A stretch of 64,000 nucleotides of DNA from Octopus sinensis (lineage: Eukaryota). This document shows positions 12,671 to 24,242 of the stretch, piece by piece. A program made the position numbers and the translations under genes. The number at the start of each line of letters is the position of its first letter. The stretch's first letter is position 1. The stretch spans positions 155,806,001 through 155,870,000 of the forward strand of contig NC_042998.1 of assembly GCF_006345805.1 (NCBI RefSeq). The letters run 5' to 3'. The notes under the pieces were generated by a model. It was not told the origin of the DNA and searched no databases. It worked only from the letters and a program-made list of their open reading frames with translations.

Positions 12671-12949
12671 TGTGGGATGACGTCAGCAGCTGGGTGCGTT
12701 GACCGGAAGCTGGGGCAACCGGAAGGGGAAGCTGTGAGGCGTGCGCAGGCAGGGGTCAATTGGGCTTTTTCCAACGTGGGTCGTGCAGGTGACAAGACGT
12801 GTGCGGACGTCGCTAAGGGCTTGGGCTAGCAGCTGCTATCGTTAGTGTTCGGGTCGGGGCTGTGTCGAAGGACTAGTTAGCACTGGAGGGTCTCCGTCAC
12901 GAGGAAGAGAAGGTAGGTGCCTTTATATTCAAATCGCGCACACACCACA
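12671..12949 (+). repeat. 5' LTR of the compact element
   Basis: Direct repeat of 16422-16700; contains TGACGTCA at 12678-12685. Confidence 0.97.
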
Positions 12950-12961
12950 AGCTATTTCGGC
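12950..12961 (+). promoter_or_regulatory. Putative atypical PBS complementary to nt 1-12 of tRNA-Phe(GAA)
   Basis: AGCTATTTCGGC is the reverse complement of GCCGAAATAGCT, the 5' end of metazoan tRNA-Phe. It sits immediately after the LTR-terminal CA. Confidence 0.7.
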
Positions 12962-13002
12962 CGTTCTTAAACATTTACATTTCAACACGATTCGTCGCCA
13001 CG

Positions 13003-13767
13003 ATGTCTGCAAAAATTAGGATCGCCAGCGACGTCGTCAAACCTTTTAATGGCGAAGGCGATGTAGTGGCCTGGATTCGCAAAATCAGGCTGGTGGCAAG
13101 ACTGCAAGGTATAAGCGATGTGGCGAGTCTTATGGCGCTGTATTTAGAAGGGAGCGCCTTAACGCTATACCGAGAGATGGATGAAGAGGAACGGCTCAGC
13201 GAGGAGAACATAGAGCGACGCTTGCGGGATGCCTACACGGAATGCGAATACACAGCTTTTGCTAAGCTAGGTGCAATCAGGTGGACGGGAGGCCAAGTGG
13301 ATGACTATGCATCAGAAGTTAGAAGGTTAGCGACTCTGGCTGGGTTTGCGGGAGAAGGGCTGGAGAGAGCAGCCCGGCTGGCGTTTGTGAATGGGTTCCC
13401 CGACGATGTAGGGATTCACCTACAACGACTGCCCGGGATTAAAAAGATGCCGCTGAGCGAACTTGTGGCTCAGGCTCGCGTGTTGACGAGACACTCTGGG
13501 TGGAAGGCGATAGCGATGGCGGTGACGGAGGCGCGTAAAGACGGACGACGTCCCGAGAAAGACGTACAGAAGCTTACCATGCGACGAGAGCGGCCGTTCT
13601 CAGGACGGTGTTTTAGATGCCAGGGACCGCACATGGCGCGGGACTGTACGCAGCCGGGGCCCGTTTGCTATCGATGCAGGCAGACAGGGCACATTGCCCG
13701 TGATTGCGACCAGGGAAACGACCGAGGGGAAATTGCTGCCTCTCGAACTTTCCCTGCAAACGAGTAG
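13003..13767 (+). CDS. gag: Gag with two zinc knuckles (CX2CX3HX4C and CX2CX4HX4C)
   Basis: Intact 254-aa ORF; CFRCQGPHMARDC and CYRCRQTGHIARDC. Confidence 0.9.
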   Translation: MSAKIRIASDVVKPFNGEGDVVAWIRKIRLVARLQGISDVASLMALYLEGSALTLYREMDEEERLSEENIERRLRDAYTECEYTAFAKLGAIRWTGGQVDDYASEVRRLATLAGFAGEGLERAARLAFVNGFPDDVGIHLQRLPGIKKMPLSELVAQARVLTRHSGWKAIAMAVTEARKDGRRPEKDVQKLTMRRERPFSGRCFRCQGPHMARDCTQPGPVCYRCRQTGHIARDCDQGNDRGEIAASRTFPANE

Positions 13768-16400
13768 AGGCGCTATTGGAGACGCTGCCATTGATTGACG
13801 TGGAGGCCGAGGGGAAGACGTTCAAGGCCCTCGTGGATACGGGCTGTACGACCACCCTTGTGACTTCGAGGGTGACGAAGGAATGGAATGGGGTGAGTAG
13901 TGTCCGGGCGGTCGACGGCAGCGAAATCCGTTGCAGAGGCAGCAGCAAGATAGAGATAGTGGTGCGCGGCGCGACGCTAAGGCTGCAGGCAATTGTGGCC
14001 GAACGCGTGATAGATGGAGTTGATGTGGTGATGGGGATGGACGCCATCAACTGCCTCGGTGGCGTCAGTGTTGTGGGAAATTAGGTCACGTTCGGAAGCG
14101 TGGGGGCGTCGTGCACTGCGAGTCAGGATCGCCAGAGAGAGCAGAGCCCCGCGAGGGACTGCCCCGCTTACACCATCGAGGACAAAGACTTTCAGGCGGC
14201 GTTCGATGGTCAGCGGTGGACGATAGAATGGCGATGGAAGGACGAGCCCCCGACGCTGGAAAACAGGGTGAGCTGTTACCAGCATACCCTGAAAGGCCAC
14301 GCCAGGGTCGAGTTTGAAGACGAGGTGGAGAGGTGGATCGAGGAAGGGGTCCTTGTCCCTTGGAAGGAAGAGGTAGCGGGCGGAGTGCTACCCCTGATGG
14401 CGGTGGTGTAGCCTACGAAGGGAAAAGTCAGACCGGTGCTGGACTTCATGGAGCTAAACCAGCACATATCGTGTCACACGGGAGGTGAGGCGACAGACGT
14501 TTGTGGCGAGGCGTTACGTAAGTGGAGACAGTCGACCGAGGCAGCGACGATTGTCGACTTGAGATCGGCATACTTGCAGTTCCATGTGAGCGACAAACTG
14601 TGGCGATATCAGCTGGTGCGGTACAAGGGCCGGACGTACTGTTTAACCAGGCTGGGTTTCGGGCTGAATTCCGCTCCGAAGATCATGGCGGCAGTGCTTA
14701 GGTGCGTCCTAGGGAAAGACGGCAAGATTAGAAAGGCCACCAGCTCCTACATTGACGACATTTTGGTGGACGAAACTGTAGTGCCAGCCGACGAGGTTGT
14801 TAGACATCTGGAGAAGTTCGGACTGATTGCCAAGCCACCGGAGTCGATTGAAGGGGGAGCCGCGCTGGGGCTGAAGCTGCGAAGAGATGGATCGGGTGAA
14901 TTGGTGTTCCGGAGAGGAAATGAAATCCCAGAGCTGAGTTCCAGCGTTAGCAGGAGAGAGCTGTTCTCGGTGTGTGGGAAGTTGGTCGGTCACTACCCGA
15001 TCGCTGGATGGCTGCGCACGGCGTGTAGTTACACCAAGAGATGAGCAGAAGGGGAGAGGTGGGGCGACAAGGTGGGAGAAGGAACGATGGCGATGATGCA
15101 GGAAATCCTAGAGAGGACGAGAGCGGAAGACCCGGTCAGGGGGAACTGGTACGTGCCCAAGATGGAATGCGGGACCGTCTGGTGTGATGCTAGCAGTATA
15201 GCGATAGGGGTGGTGTTGGCAATCGAAGGCGCTGCGGTGGAGGACGCGGCCTGGCTTCGGAAAGCAGATGATTTCAACCACATCAATGTCGCCGAATTAG
15301 ACGCGGTGCTGAAAGGGGTGAACTTGGCCTTGAAATGGGGGCTGCGCACGATTGAAATCCGGACGGATTCGGCCACTGTGCTTGGCTGGGTAGGATCGGT
15401 GATCACCGGTGAAAGGAGAGTGCGGACGAAAGGTGCTGCGGAGATGTTAGTGAAGCGCCGTCTAGGAGTTCTAGGTGAATTGATCGCCGAGTTCGGACTG
15501 AAGCTGAACTGAAGAAACTGCATGCTATGCATCACCTGGGTGTGGACAGGACCCTGTATCTGGCGAAGAAAATTGATGCTGACATCACTAGGAGAAGCAT
15601 CCGGAAGGTGGTCGGGAGCTGCGACAGGTGTCAGTCCATCGACCCTGCTCCGTGTGGGCATGAACAGGGAAGCCTTTCCGTGGAGCAGAACTGGAAAAGG
15701 CTAGCTGTGGATGTGACACACTACCGTCAGTGAATGTACGACTGCGAGCCGGGCCGGCTGGCCATTTGGAGGGAGTTGAGATCGGGCATTGCTGACGAGA
15801 TCGCGCAGATCCTGAACGGGATATTTTTAGAGAGAGGTCCCGTGGAAGAACTACTGATGGACAACGGGGCGGCGTTTCGTTCGGAAGCATTGAGGGTTAT
15901 GCTTGATCGGTGGAATGTGCGACGCTTGTTCAGAGCAGCGTGTAGGCCGAGCGGTAACGGGATCGTGGAGAGGCACCATCGGACAGTCAAGGCCATAGCG
16001 GAAAGAGGGCACATTTCGCCGCTTGAAGCAGTTTTTTGGTACAACTTGTCTCCCCGATCCGGACAAGCTGAGGAATCTGTGCCGAACAAATCGCCGGAGG
16101 GTCACGAAGAAGAGAAGGGACCCGTTCGCATTAAAATAAGGGAGGAAGTCTGGGTCAAGCCACCAAAGGCGCGCTGTACGTCTCAATGGAGCAGAGGAAC
16201 GGTGACGGCGGTCAATTCCAGAAACAACGTATCCGTAGATGGAACACCATGACACGTCTTGGACCTTCGCAGGATTGTCACTTCGACGGACGACGATTCT
16301 GGAGAGGGGGAGAACGAGGTGCCCAGCTTGAGAAGATCTCGACGAGCAAGGCGCTCTCCCGGTTGGATGGTGGACTACGACATGGAGCGGAGAGATTGTG
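13713..16400 (+). pseudogene. pol: pol in the -1 frame relative to gag: protease, RT, RNase H, DDE integrase
   Basis: ALVDTGC protease; RPVLDFMELN, VDLRSAYLQ and YIDD RT; WCDAS, HINVAELDAV and TDS RNase H; HHLG..CDRCQ, VDV, LMDNG and GIVER integrase. Several in-frame stops and deletions. Confidence 0.92.
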
Positions 16401-16421
16401 ATCTTTAAGATCAGGGTGGCG

Positions 16422-16700
16422 TGTGGGATGACGTCAGCAGCTGGGTGCGTTGACCGGAAGCTGAGGCAACCGGAAGGGGAAGCTGTGAGGCGTGCGCAGG
16501 CAGCGGTCTATTGGGCCTTTTCCAACGTGGTTTGTGCAGGTGACAAGACATGTGCGGACGTCGCTAAGGGCTTGGGATAGCAGCTGCTATCGTTAGTGTT
16601 CGGGTCGAGGCTGTGTCGAAGGACTAGTTAGCACTGGAGGGTCTCCGTCACGAGGAAGAGAAGGTAGGTGCCTTTATATTCAAATCGCGCACACACCACA
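16422..16700 (+). repeat. 3' LTR of the compact element
   Basis: Direct repeat of 12671-12949. Confidence 0.97.
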
Positions 16701-16705
16701 ACTCC

Positions 16706-17191
16706 AAACCCAGACGCACCATCAAGTAAAGATTAAGTTCATTTTGGACAAACTACTGTCAAGCAAAAAAAAAAAAAAAAAAAAAAAAACCCTTTAAAAT
16801 ACAATAATGACAAAAGCGCTATACCGAAAAATTTTGAAGTTGGCGAAAACGTGTTTTTTAAAACATACAGATATGGGAAACAATCATGGAAGGATGGTAT
16901 TATTTGTAACAGAATTGGAAAAATGATCTATATGGTAAAAGAAGGCAAAAGATACACCGAGGATAATAATAAAAGATTTGAAGAACCGATAGATTTTATG
17001 TACACTATGTTTGAAGTACCATTACCAGTTAAAACTGATGCACCCTTTCGGAGCAATACTAGAAAGAAGAAATTTCGAGGGCTTTTAATAGTTTCAAAGA
17101 GGAAGTTAATTTTTTAAGAAGGGTAGCTGTGGGGGAGAACTAAAAGAAAATTAACAAATGTGTACACCCACATTCTTCGAGAAATGTATTG
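16706..17191 (+). mobile_element. 3' part of an older K02A2.6-like Gypsy host (integrase C-terminus, PPT, start of 3' LTR at 17128)
   Basis: Joined across the ACTCC TSD it reads SVYRITPNPDAP, then KIKFILDKLL and FEVGENVFFKTYRYGKQSWKDGII. AAGAAGGGTAGC is followed by TGTGGGGG. The LTR continues at 21994-~22284. Confidence 0.75.
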
Positions 17192-17608
17192 TGTTATGTG
17201 TAGTTTCGTTCTAATGGGATAGACAACTCAAATGAAAGCCATTGTTATTGTTTTACGTGTTTATTTACTTTTCATGTTACACGAACTGTCAACATTCGGC
17301 GTAGTGATACATAATTACTTTAGACACAGTTCGTACTGTTGCTAACAAAATAGTGCCAAAAGTGGGGATGTATTCTACATACGTATAACTACGTATACAC
17401 ATAGATATGAATGTGTAACATCCCTTCTTGAAAAAAAATAAAGGGGTCTTTTGGCAGTGAAGACAAATATAAGTAGTCTCCCTTACTCTAATGGATTGTC
17501 AGCGCGTGGTGGCAATCCTGCAGCAGAAACCGTGAGATTATTCTGCCTCTGCTTTGTAATCTAGCTGAATTAGTTACTTATCTTTTCATTTTCTTTTTTT
17601 CCTTTTTT

Positions 17609-20600
17609 TTAACGGTATCGGACCGGTGGCAGAATGTTCTTTCTCCATCTGGTGGATCTTGTGCTTCGCACCGGTGTCTGAGGTGTGTTGCTGGGCTGCT
17701 GATGGGTAGTTGGTGCCCGTTGGGGTGATGATTCTGTGGGCGTTGTCACTGATGCAGCAGGTGTTGTACACGTTGTCCTTGACAGCTTTGGTGTTGGGCG
17801 GATGTGGGCCCTGTTGCGTCTCAGCTGCCTACCAGATTCCGTTTCTATTATATACGATCTTAGAGTTTCAGCTCTACTGACAACCTGTGCTGGAACCCAT
17901 GTTTTAGTTATGGGATCTTGAGTATGCACATGTTGTCCTCCAAGTATCTCAGGTAAGTATTGTGCATGTTTGTTGTAATATTTCTGTGATTTTTCTTGAG
18001 TGGCTGCTAGCTTTTCCCTTGTTTCTTCCTGGTCAATAGGAGGTTGGATCTTAGTTGGCAGGGTAGTTTTGTACTTCCTGCCATTCAGCAATTCTGCTGG
18101 GGATTTCATGTCAGCTCTCAGTGGTGTCGCTCGTAGGGACAGAAGTGCCAGGTGTGGGTCTTCCTTAGTCTCTCGGCATTTGACTAGTGTTCTCTTCACT
18201 GTCTGCACCTGTCTTTCTATAAACCCATGGCCTTTGGGGTAGTGTGGAGATGAGGTTGTAATATAGAACCCATACTCATCGGCTAGCTTTTTAAATTCTT
18301 GCGATGTGAACGGGGTTCCATTGTCACATATGATCTGTTCTGGTATTCCTTGCTCTGCTAGAAGTCCTCGAGCCACTGTAGTGATTGTTTTGGCTCTCAG
18401 GTCTTTCACTTTTATCACAAATGGAAATTTGGAGTAGTAGCAGGCCATTATCAAATACCATTCATAGCTCTCTGTGAACAGATCTACTCCAATAGTTTGC
18501 CATGGCCTTCTTGGGATGTCACTAGATATCATTTCCTCCTTTTGTTGTGAGTTTCTGTACTTTTGACAGTTGTGGCATGTAGAAACTGTCTTTTCTATGT
18601 CTTTGTACATGCCTACCCAATACACTGCTGACTTGGCTCGGAGCTTGCATTTCTCCATTCCTAGATGCTCTTGGTGGATCTTGTCAAGAATCTCTTTTTG
18701 CATTGACTTGGGTATAATTATTCGGGATCCAGCCATCAGGATTCCATTCTCCACTGATATATCATCATGGATGGCCCAATATTCACGAATTAGGGGCTGC
18801 ACCTGATGTCTCTTTTCTGGCCACCCCTGAATCGCCATCTGAGTAAGGAACTGGAGTTCTTCATCTTTGCTGGTCTCCTCTTTGATTTCTGCTAGCTTTG
18901 TGGTTGTTACATTTATAATGTGGTGGACCTTTATGCTTAGTCCTTCCATCTCCTGTTTATCATGTGAGGATAGTCTGGAAAGTGCATCCGCCAATATCAG
19001 GTCTTTTCCTGGCTTGTACCTGATATCATAGTCGTATGTTTGAAGCCTTAACAGTAATCTTTGCAGTCTGGCTGGTGCTTTTGTCAGGTTTTTTCTATGT
19101 ATTTGTTCTAGCGGGTGATGGTCTGTTTCAATATTGAAATGTCTGCCATACAGGTATGTATGGAACTTTTCACATCCATATACTACTGCCAGGAGTTCCC
19201 TTTCAATATTTGCGTACCTTGTCTCTGTGGGTGAGAAAGCTTTTGAGGCATATGCAATGGGTTTACCTTCCTGTATCAGTGCTGCGCCAGCTCCTCTCAT
19301 AGAAGCATCGACTTGGAGTATTATTGGTTTGCGTCTGTCATAGTATTGCAGAGTTGTCTCCTTACTGATGAGATTTTTGATTGTTTTGAAATCCTGTGTG
19401 TGTGAAGCACACCAATCAAACTCTACGTCATCTTTGTTTAGCTCTCGGAGATTTGCAGTGTGATCGGCCAGCTTGGGTATGAAGGCTCCCATGTAGTGAA
19501 TGAGTCCCAGGAAGCTCCTGAGTTCCTTCTTGTCTTTGGGTTCTTTAATGTCTCTGATGGCTTCCACTTTAGCGGGGTCTGGTTTAACTCCCTCTGCAGA
19601 GTATATAATTCCAAAGAATTTGCACTCCTTTGCTTTTATCACACACTTGTCTGCATTGAGTTTGATGCCTGTTTGTCGGGTTTTCTCCATAGCTTCATGT
19701 AAATTGAAGTCATGTGTGGTCTCATCCTTGCCATGCACTTGGATGCCATCTGCTATTCCAATTGCTCCTTGCAGCCTTGGTAGGTCTCATCTATTTGGCA
19801 CTGGAAAACATCTTGGCTTACCTTCAATCCAAATGGGAGTCGGTTGAATCGATATCTGCCAAATGGTGTGTTGAAGGTAGTGAGCATGGATGACTCTTTG
19901 TCTATCTTTACATTCCAGTACCCATTACTGGCATCCAGTTTGCTGAATAATTTGGATCCAGCCAATGATGGTGTGATTTCTTCAAGGGTTGGAATTGGAT
20001 GGTACTCTCTTTTTAATGCCTTGTTCAGGTCCCTTGGGTCGAGGCATATCCGTAGGGTACCATTGGGTTTTTCCTTGATTACAATTGAATTCACCCAGTC
20101 TGTTGGTCGTGTCACTTTGGTGATTATTTCTTTTTTTCCATTGTGTCCAACTCTGTCTTCAGCTTCTCTTTTTGTTCTAGAGGGACACGGCGAGGTGTGT
20201 GAACAATTGGTTTGATATTGGGGTCGACTGTTATATGGTATCGACATTTCACAAAGCACCCGACTGTATCGTCAAAGCATTCAGGGTACATGCTTATCAG
20301 TTGTTCTTTGTTTGTGATTGGTGGTCGGTCTTTGATAGGCATATCTCTGTCAATCCTGCTCGGAGCTGCCTTCACTTCTCCATTGATTGACACAATATTT
20401 AGCTTTTTGCAGGTATTGAGTCCAAGAATTGCTGGTCCTTCTGTTCTTGTGACATAAAAAGAACACTTGATTGTTTTTCCTTTGTGTGTCCCTGTGATTG
20501 TTGTTTTACCCAGTTGTGGAATCCTGGTACCTCCGTACGCACTGAGGATTACATCACTTGGTGTGAGGATTCCTTCTTTGATTTTATCCTCTTTTGTTAT

Positions 20601-21636
20601 GTGTTCTGGGAACATCTTTTTGTAGAGGTTGACAGGCAAAATATCACTCTGGGCTCCAGTGTCAATCTTTAGCCTTAAGTCTATGTTTGTTCGTTTCTTG
20701 CCAGACTTCTTTTGTATTCTTATCGTTGTGTATGCCTCATTTTTTTTTTCTGGTCGTCATTTCCCATCTCATGCACATTTATTGTGCCGACTGTCAAGAA
20801 TTCCTCCTCTGAGGTGTTTTGTTCTTGTTGTTGGGCATGTATATCTCTTCTTCTATTTCCGCTCCTCTTTGAAAATTGGGGCTTGTTTTTCTGGGATTTT
20901 ATTAGCCTACACATTTTTTTCCAGTGGTTGGGTTTTCCACATGCTTTGCAGTGTGTACCGAATGCAGGACATTTCTTCCGGTTATTGAATTCATGTTCTG
21001 TACCACAGTACTGGCATGTTCTTTGTTTGCGGGTATGTTTCGTCATGTGCCTAGATACAATATCTACACTGCTGCCTAGTGAGCTTGTTTGTAAGGTAAG
21101 TGAGGCCATTTGTTTGGTAGTGGCTTCGAATGCTCTTGCAGTGTCTACTGCTATCAACTGGAGAGCGTCCTTACCTATGAGGGATTTCTGAACTTCTTTA
21201 TGAGCACATCCCCATATTAATTGATCAACAATTCTTTCGTCCTTATCTTTGAATTTGCATTTTTCGGCAACATTCTTTAGTCTTGACAGGAAATTGTCAA
21301 TCGTTTCTTGTGGATCTTGTTTCAGGCCCTGGAATTCGTATCTGTGAATTCTATGGTTCGATCTGGGCTCTAGGTGCCTTTCAAATTTCTCTAAAAGTGT
21401 GTCTGAGTTATTGCAATCCGATTCTGACATGTCCCAGCTATTGAATAGGTCTAGACCCTTCTCGCCCGTACATAAAAGGATGTAACTTACCTTTTCATCT
21501 TCAGTTGTGCCTTTCAGGAAACTTTTGAAAGCTAGTTGAGTTTCTGTTTGAATTTCTTAAATGCTTCCATGATATCATCGGAGTCCCAGTTCATGATCGG
21601 ATGTAGATTCACCTGTACGGCGACGGGGGTCGACAT
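17609..21636 (-). pseudogene. gag-pol: Frameshifted gag-pol; the RT-end/RNase H/integrase part (17609-19738, 709 aa) is still open
   Basis: CQYCGTEH..KKC and CKACGKPNHWKKMC knuckles, KIDTGAQ protease, LDASNGYW RT, VDAS and TDH RNase H, HQEHLG..CHNC, GVDLF, CDNG and FIER integrase. Confidence 0.92.
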
Positions 21637-21750
21637 TTTGGATCCTCGTGTATGTGTGTGTCCGAAGACGAAGCGATGTTTTGTTTGTTAAATTTCTGGT
21701 TCGTTGTGTTTCTGTTTTGTTGTAAAGGCACAGTTTCCGATTGATTATTT

Positions 21751-21763
21751 ACCGCTGCCACCA
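21751..21763 (-). promoter_or_regulatory. PBS, tRNA-Leu(AAG/TAG) type
   Basis: TGGTGGCAGCGGT is complementary to ...ACCGCTGCCACCA and lies directly after the 5' LTR. Confidence 0.85.
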
Positions 21764-22279
21764 TGTTATGTGTAGTTTGTGTTCAAATGGGATAGACAAC
21801 TCAAATGAAAGCCATTGTTATTGTTTTACGTGTTTATTTACTTTTCATGTTACACGAACTGTCAACATTCGGCGTAGTGATACATAATTACTTTAGACAC
21901 AGTTCGTACTGTTGCTAACAAAATAGTGCCAAAAGTGGGAATGTATTCTACATACGTATAACTACGTATACACATAGATATGAATGTGTAACATATAGTT
22001 TAAAAGGAAAGATGTGAATTTAACTGATACCCCAGCACGTGGCTGTCAGTGGACTGGACGAGTCTATAAATAGATGAGCGCGTATACATTTGTGGTCAAA
22101 CTATGAGAGCGTTTGTCTCGTTATTGATTTTGCGTTGGAATATTGGATTGTTATTGTGCGAACAGTTATTATAAGATAATCAACTCTTGTTACATTGCAT
22201 ATTATTATACGAACTGTTTTTAAATAATACATATAACTCCTAATAAATGTGTTGAGTGCCCATTCTTTCGTTTGTACAC

Positions 22280-23900
22280 TCACTACTATATATATATATA
22301 TATATATTTATAAAACTGAAATGCGTAAAGTTTGTTTGTTTGCCTGGCTTTTGGCATTAGAACGGGTTAAAGGCCACTAGATTTCGTCGGATTGACTCCA
22401 AAATTTACAGGGACATGTAAAATGAGGTGAGGATGAGAGTGGGCTAGGTTAGAAACCCACATCTTAAAAGGTGTTGTTGCTAGGGCCAAAAACTCACTTT
22501 AACAAGTCTACTCTCATTCTTTAATGTATCTGTCTTCCTCCGTCACTCATTCTCTTTCCTCCCTTCCCGTCACTTTCTATATATAACGTTCTTTTCACGG
22601 CGTCTAACTACCTTACCTTCCCTTTCTCTTTATAACGTCGTGTCACGGCGTTCTGTATCTCCCCCTTCCCCGCCTTCGACAGCGCTTTCACACACACTCT
22701 CTCTCTCTACGTCTGTCTGCATTCATAAACAGAATTATCATCGCCACCACCACAACACAACACAATCATGAGAACAAATATTATGAATCAGATATTTATT
22801 GGGTTAATTTATATATATGTGTGTGTGTGTGTGTGTGTTCTATATATAAATATGTATATTAAACTTTTTAACACTTTTTGATAGTTATATATATTTTAAA
22901 AAAAAATTATAAATATAAATTAATAATTTTCATTTTAAATTTAAATAATTTAAAATTTTTAATTTTATATTCTATATATTTTGTATATTATATTTTTATT
23001 TTTATGTTTTCGTTTATGTTTTTCACTGTTTGATTTGCTTAATAGTGGTTTTATCTCTAATTTAATTTATTTGTATATATTTGTATATATAATGCGTACA
23101 CACACGCACACATAATGCTTGCCATGGTGAGTCTACTGTCGTGAGAAAGAATCACTTCAAAGCTTGGTGTTTACGAATTTTCTTTCACATCAAGTTCAAA
23201 TTTTTACGCCAGCCGTTAAACGGCCACTATGTTACTGTCCGTCGTTAAGAAATGCCAGCCATGGTGACTACTATCCTCAGATTCTATCCTTTCAAACTTT
23301 GGTTTCCAATTTTTTTTTTTTTATTCAGCTCGCAAGTTCGTCTGTCCCTTTTAAATGTTAGTGTTTTGCTTTCTGCCTTGATATTTATGTCACTGCCTGA
23401 TATTTATGATTGATCTTTCAAACTACTTTCTTTCTCAACTTACTCAAGATCTTTTGTTGTTTATAAATGGGAGAGATATAGATAGAGAAAGATAGAGAGT
23501 AAGAGAAAGCGAGGGAGAGTCCGAGAGAAAGGAAGAGTAAGAGAGTGGGAAAGGGAGAGAGAAAGGTGAGAGAAACAAACAGGGAGAATCATCATCATCA
23601 TCGTTTAACGTCCATTTTCCGTGCTAGCACGGGTTGGACGGTTTGACCGGGGTCTGGGAAGCTAGGAGGCTGCACCAGGCTACAGTCTGATCTGGCAGTG
23701 TTTCTACAGCTGGATGCCCTTCCTAACGCCAACCATTCCGTGATTGTAGTGGGTGCTTTTTTCGTGCCACCGGCACAGGTGCCACGGGGGGAGGGGCACT
23801 GGCAGCGGCCACGTTCGGATGGTGCTTTTTACGCGCCGAAAGGATGCAACAATAACAACCACACTCTTACCCGCGCGTAGAGCGGGTCACCTTAAGCTAG
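22280..23900 (+). mobile_element. Non-autonomous Helitron-like element
   Basis: 5' CTATATA..TATAAAACTGAAATGCG plus (TTTG)n. 3' hairpin ACCCGC-GCGTAGA-GCGGGT (23869-23887), then CTAG at 23897-23900 followed by T. The exact 5' TC is not clear. Confidence 0.7.
23588..23830 (-). mobile_element. SINE family C, 3' part, inside the Helitron
   Basis: Reverse complement of the 3' domain and (GAT)n tail seen at 2789-3228. Confidence 0.85.
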
Positions 23901-24242
23901 TATATTAAACTTTTAATACTTTTGATATTGTTACACATTCATATCTGTGTGTTTGCGAATGCCAAACTACTCCATACTCTTGGCACTATTTGTTAGTGAA
24001 CAATACAAACTGTTTGTTAAGTAAACAATGTATCACTACACTGTAATGGGTCGTCCATGTAAGTAACGTCAATAAACACGATAAACATAACAATGGTTTT
24101 CAACTGGTTGTCTTTCCCATTAGAACCCAACAAACACGCATAACAGATATATATTTAAAATAATATATATTAATTAATTTTATGTATTGGCTTATGTTTT
24201 TCATTGTTTGGTTTGCCTAATAGTGGTTTTATCTCTAAATTA

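Larger units (their letters stand above)
12671..16700 (+). mobile_element. Compact (4030 bp) full-length LTR retrotransposon, gag-PR-RT-RH-INT
   Basis: 279-bp LTRs 12671-12949 and 16422-16700 (TG...CA, 9 substitutions by eye), 5-bp TSD ACTCC (12666-12670 and 16701-16705), purine-rich tract before the 3' LTR. Confidence 0.97.
17192..21993 (-). mobile_element. Full-length Mag-like Ty3/Gypsy element
   Basis: LTRs 21764-21993 and 17192-17420 (TGTTA...TAACA, ~4 differences), TSD TATTG/TATAG (4 of 5), PPT CAAGAAGGGA on the minus strand. Confidence 0.95.

Noticed and set aside
12671-12961. Tf1-style self-priming for the compact LTR element
   Set aside because: The complement of the post-LTR sequence (CCGAAATAGCT) is not present in the LTR.
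12953-12961. Post-LTR motif as a sense copy of the tRNA-Phe 3' acceptor strand (TTTCGGC)
   Set aside because: Only 7 nt match and there is no ACCA; the 12-nt complement to the 5' end fits better.
16766-16790. Poly(A) run suggesting a processed pseudogene or LINE tail
   Set aside because: It lies within colinear Gypsy integrase sequence with no upstream insert or TSD, so it is probably a homopolymer expansion.
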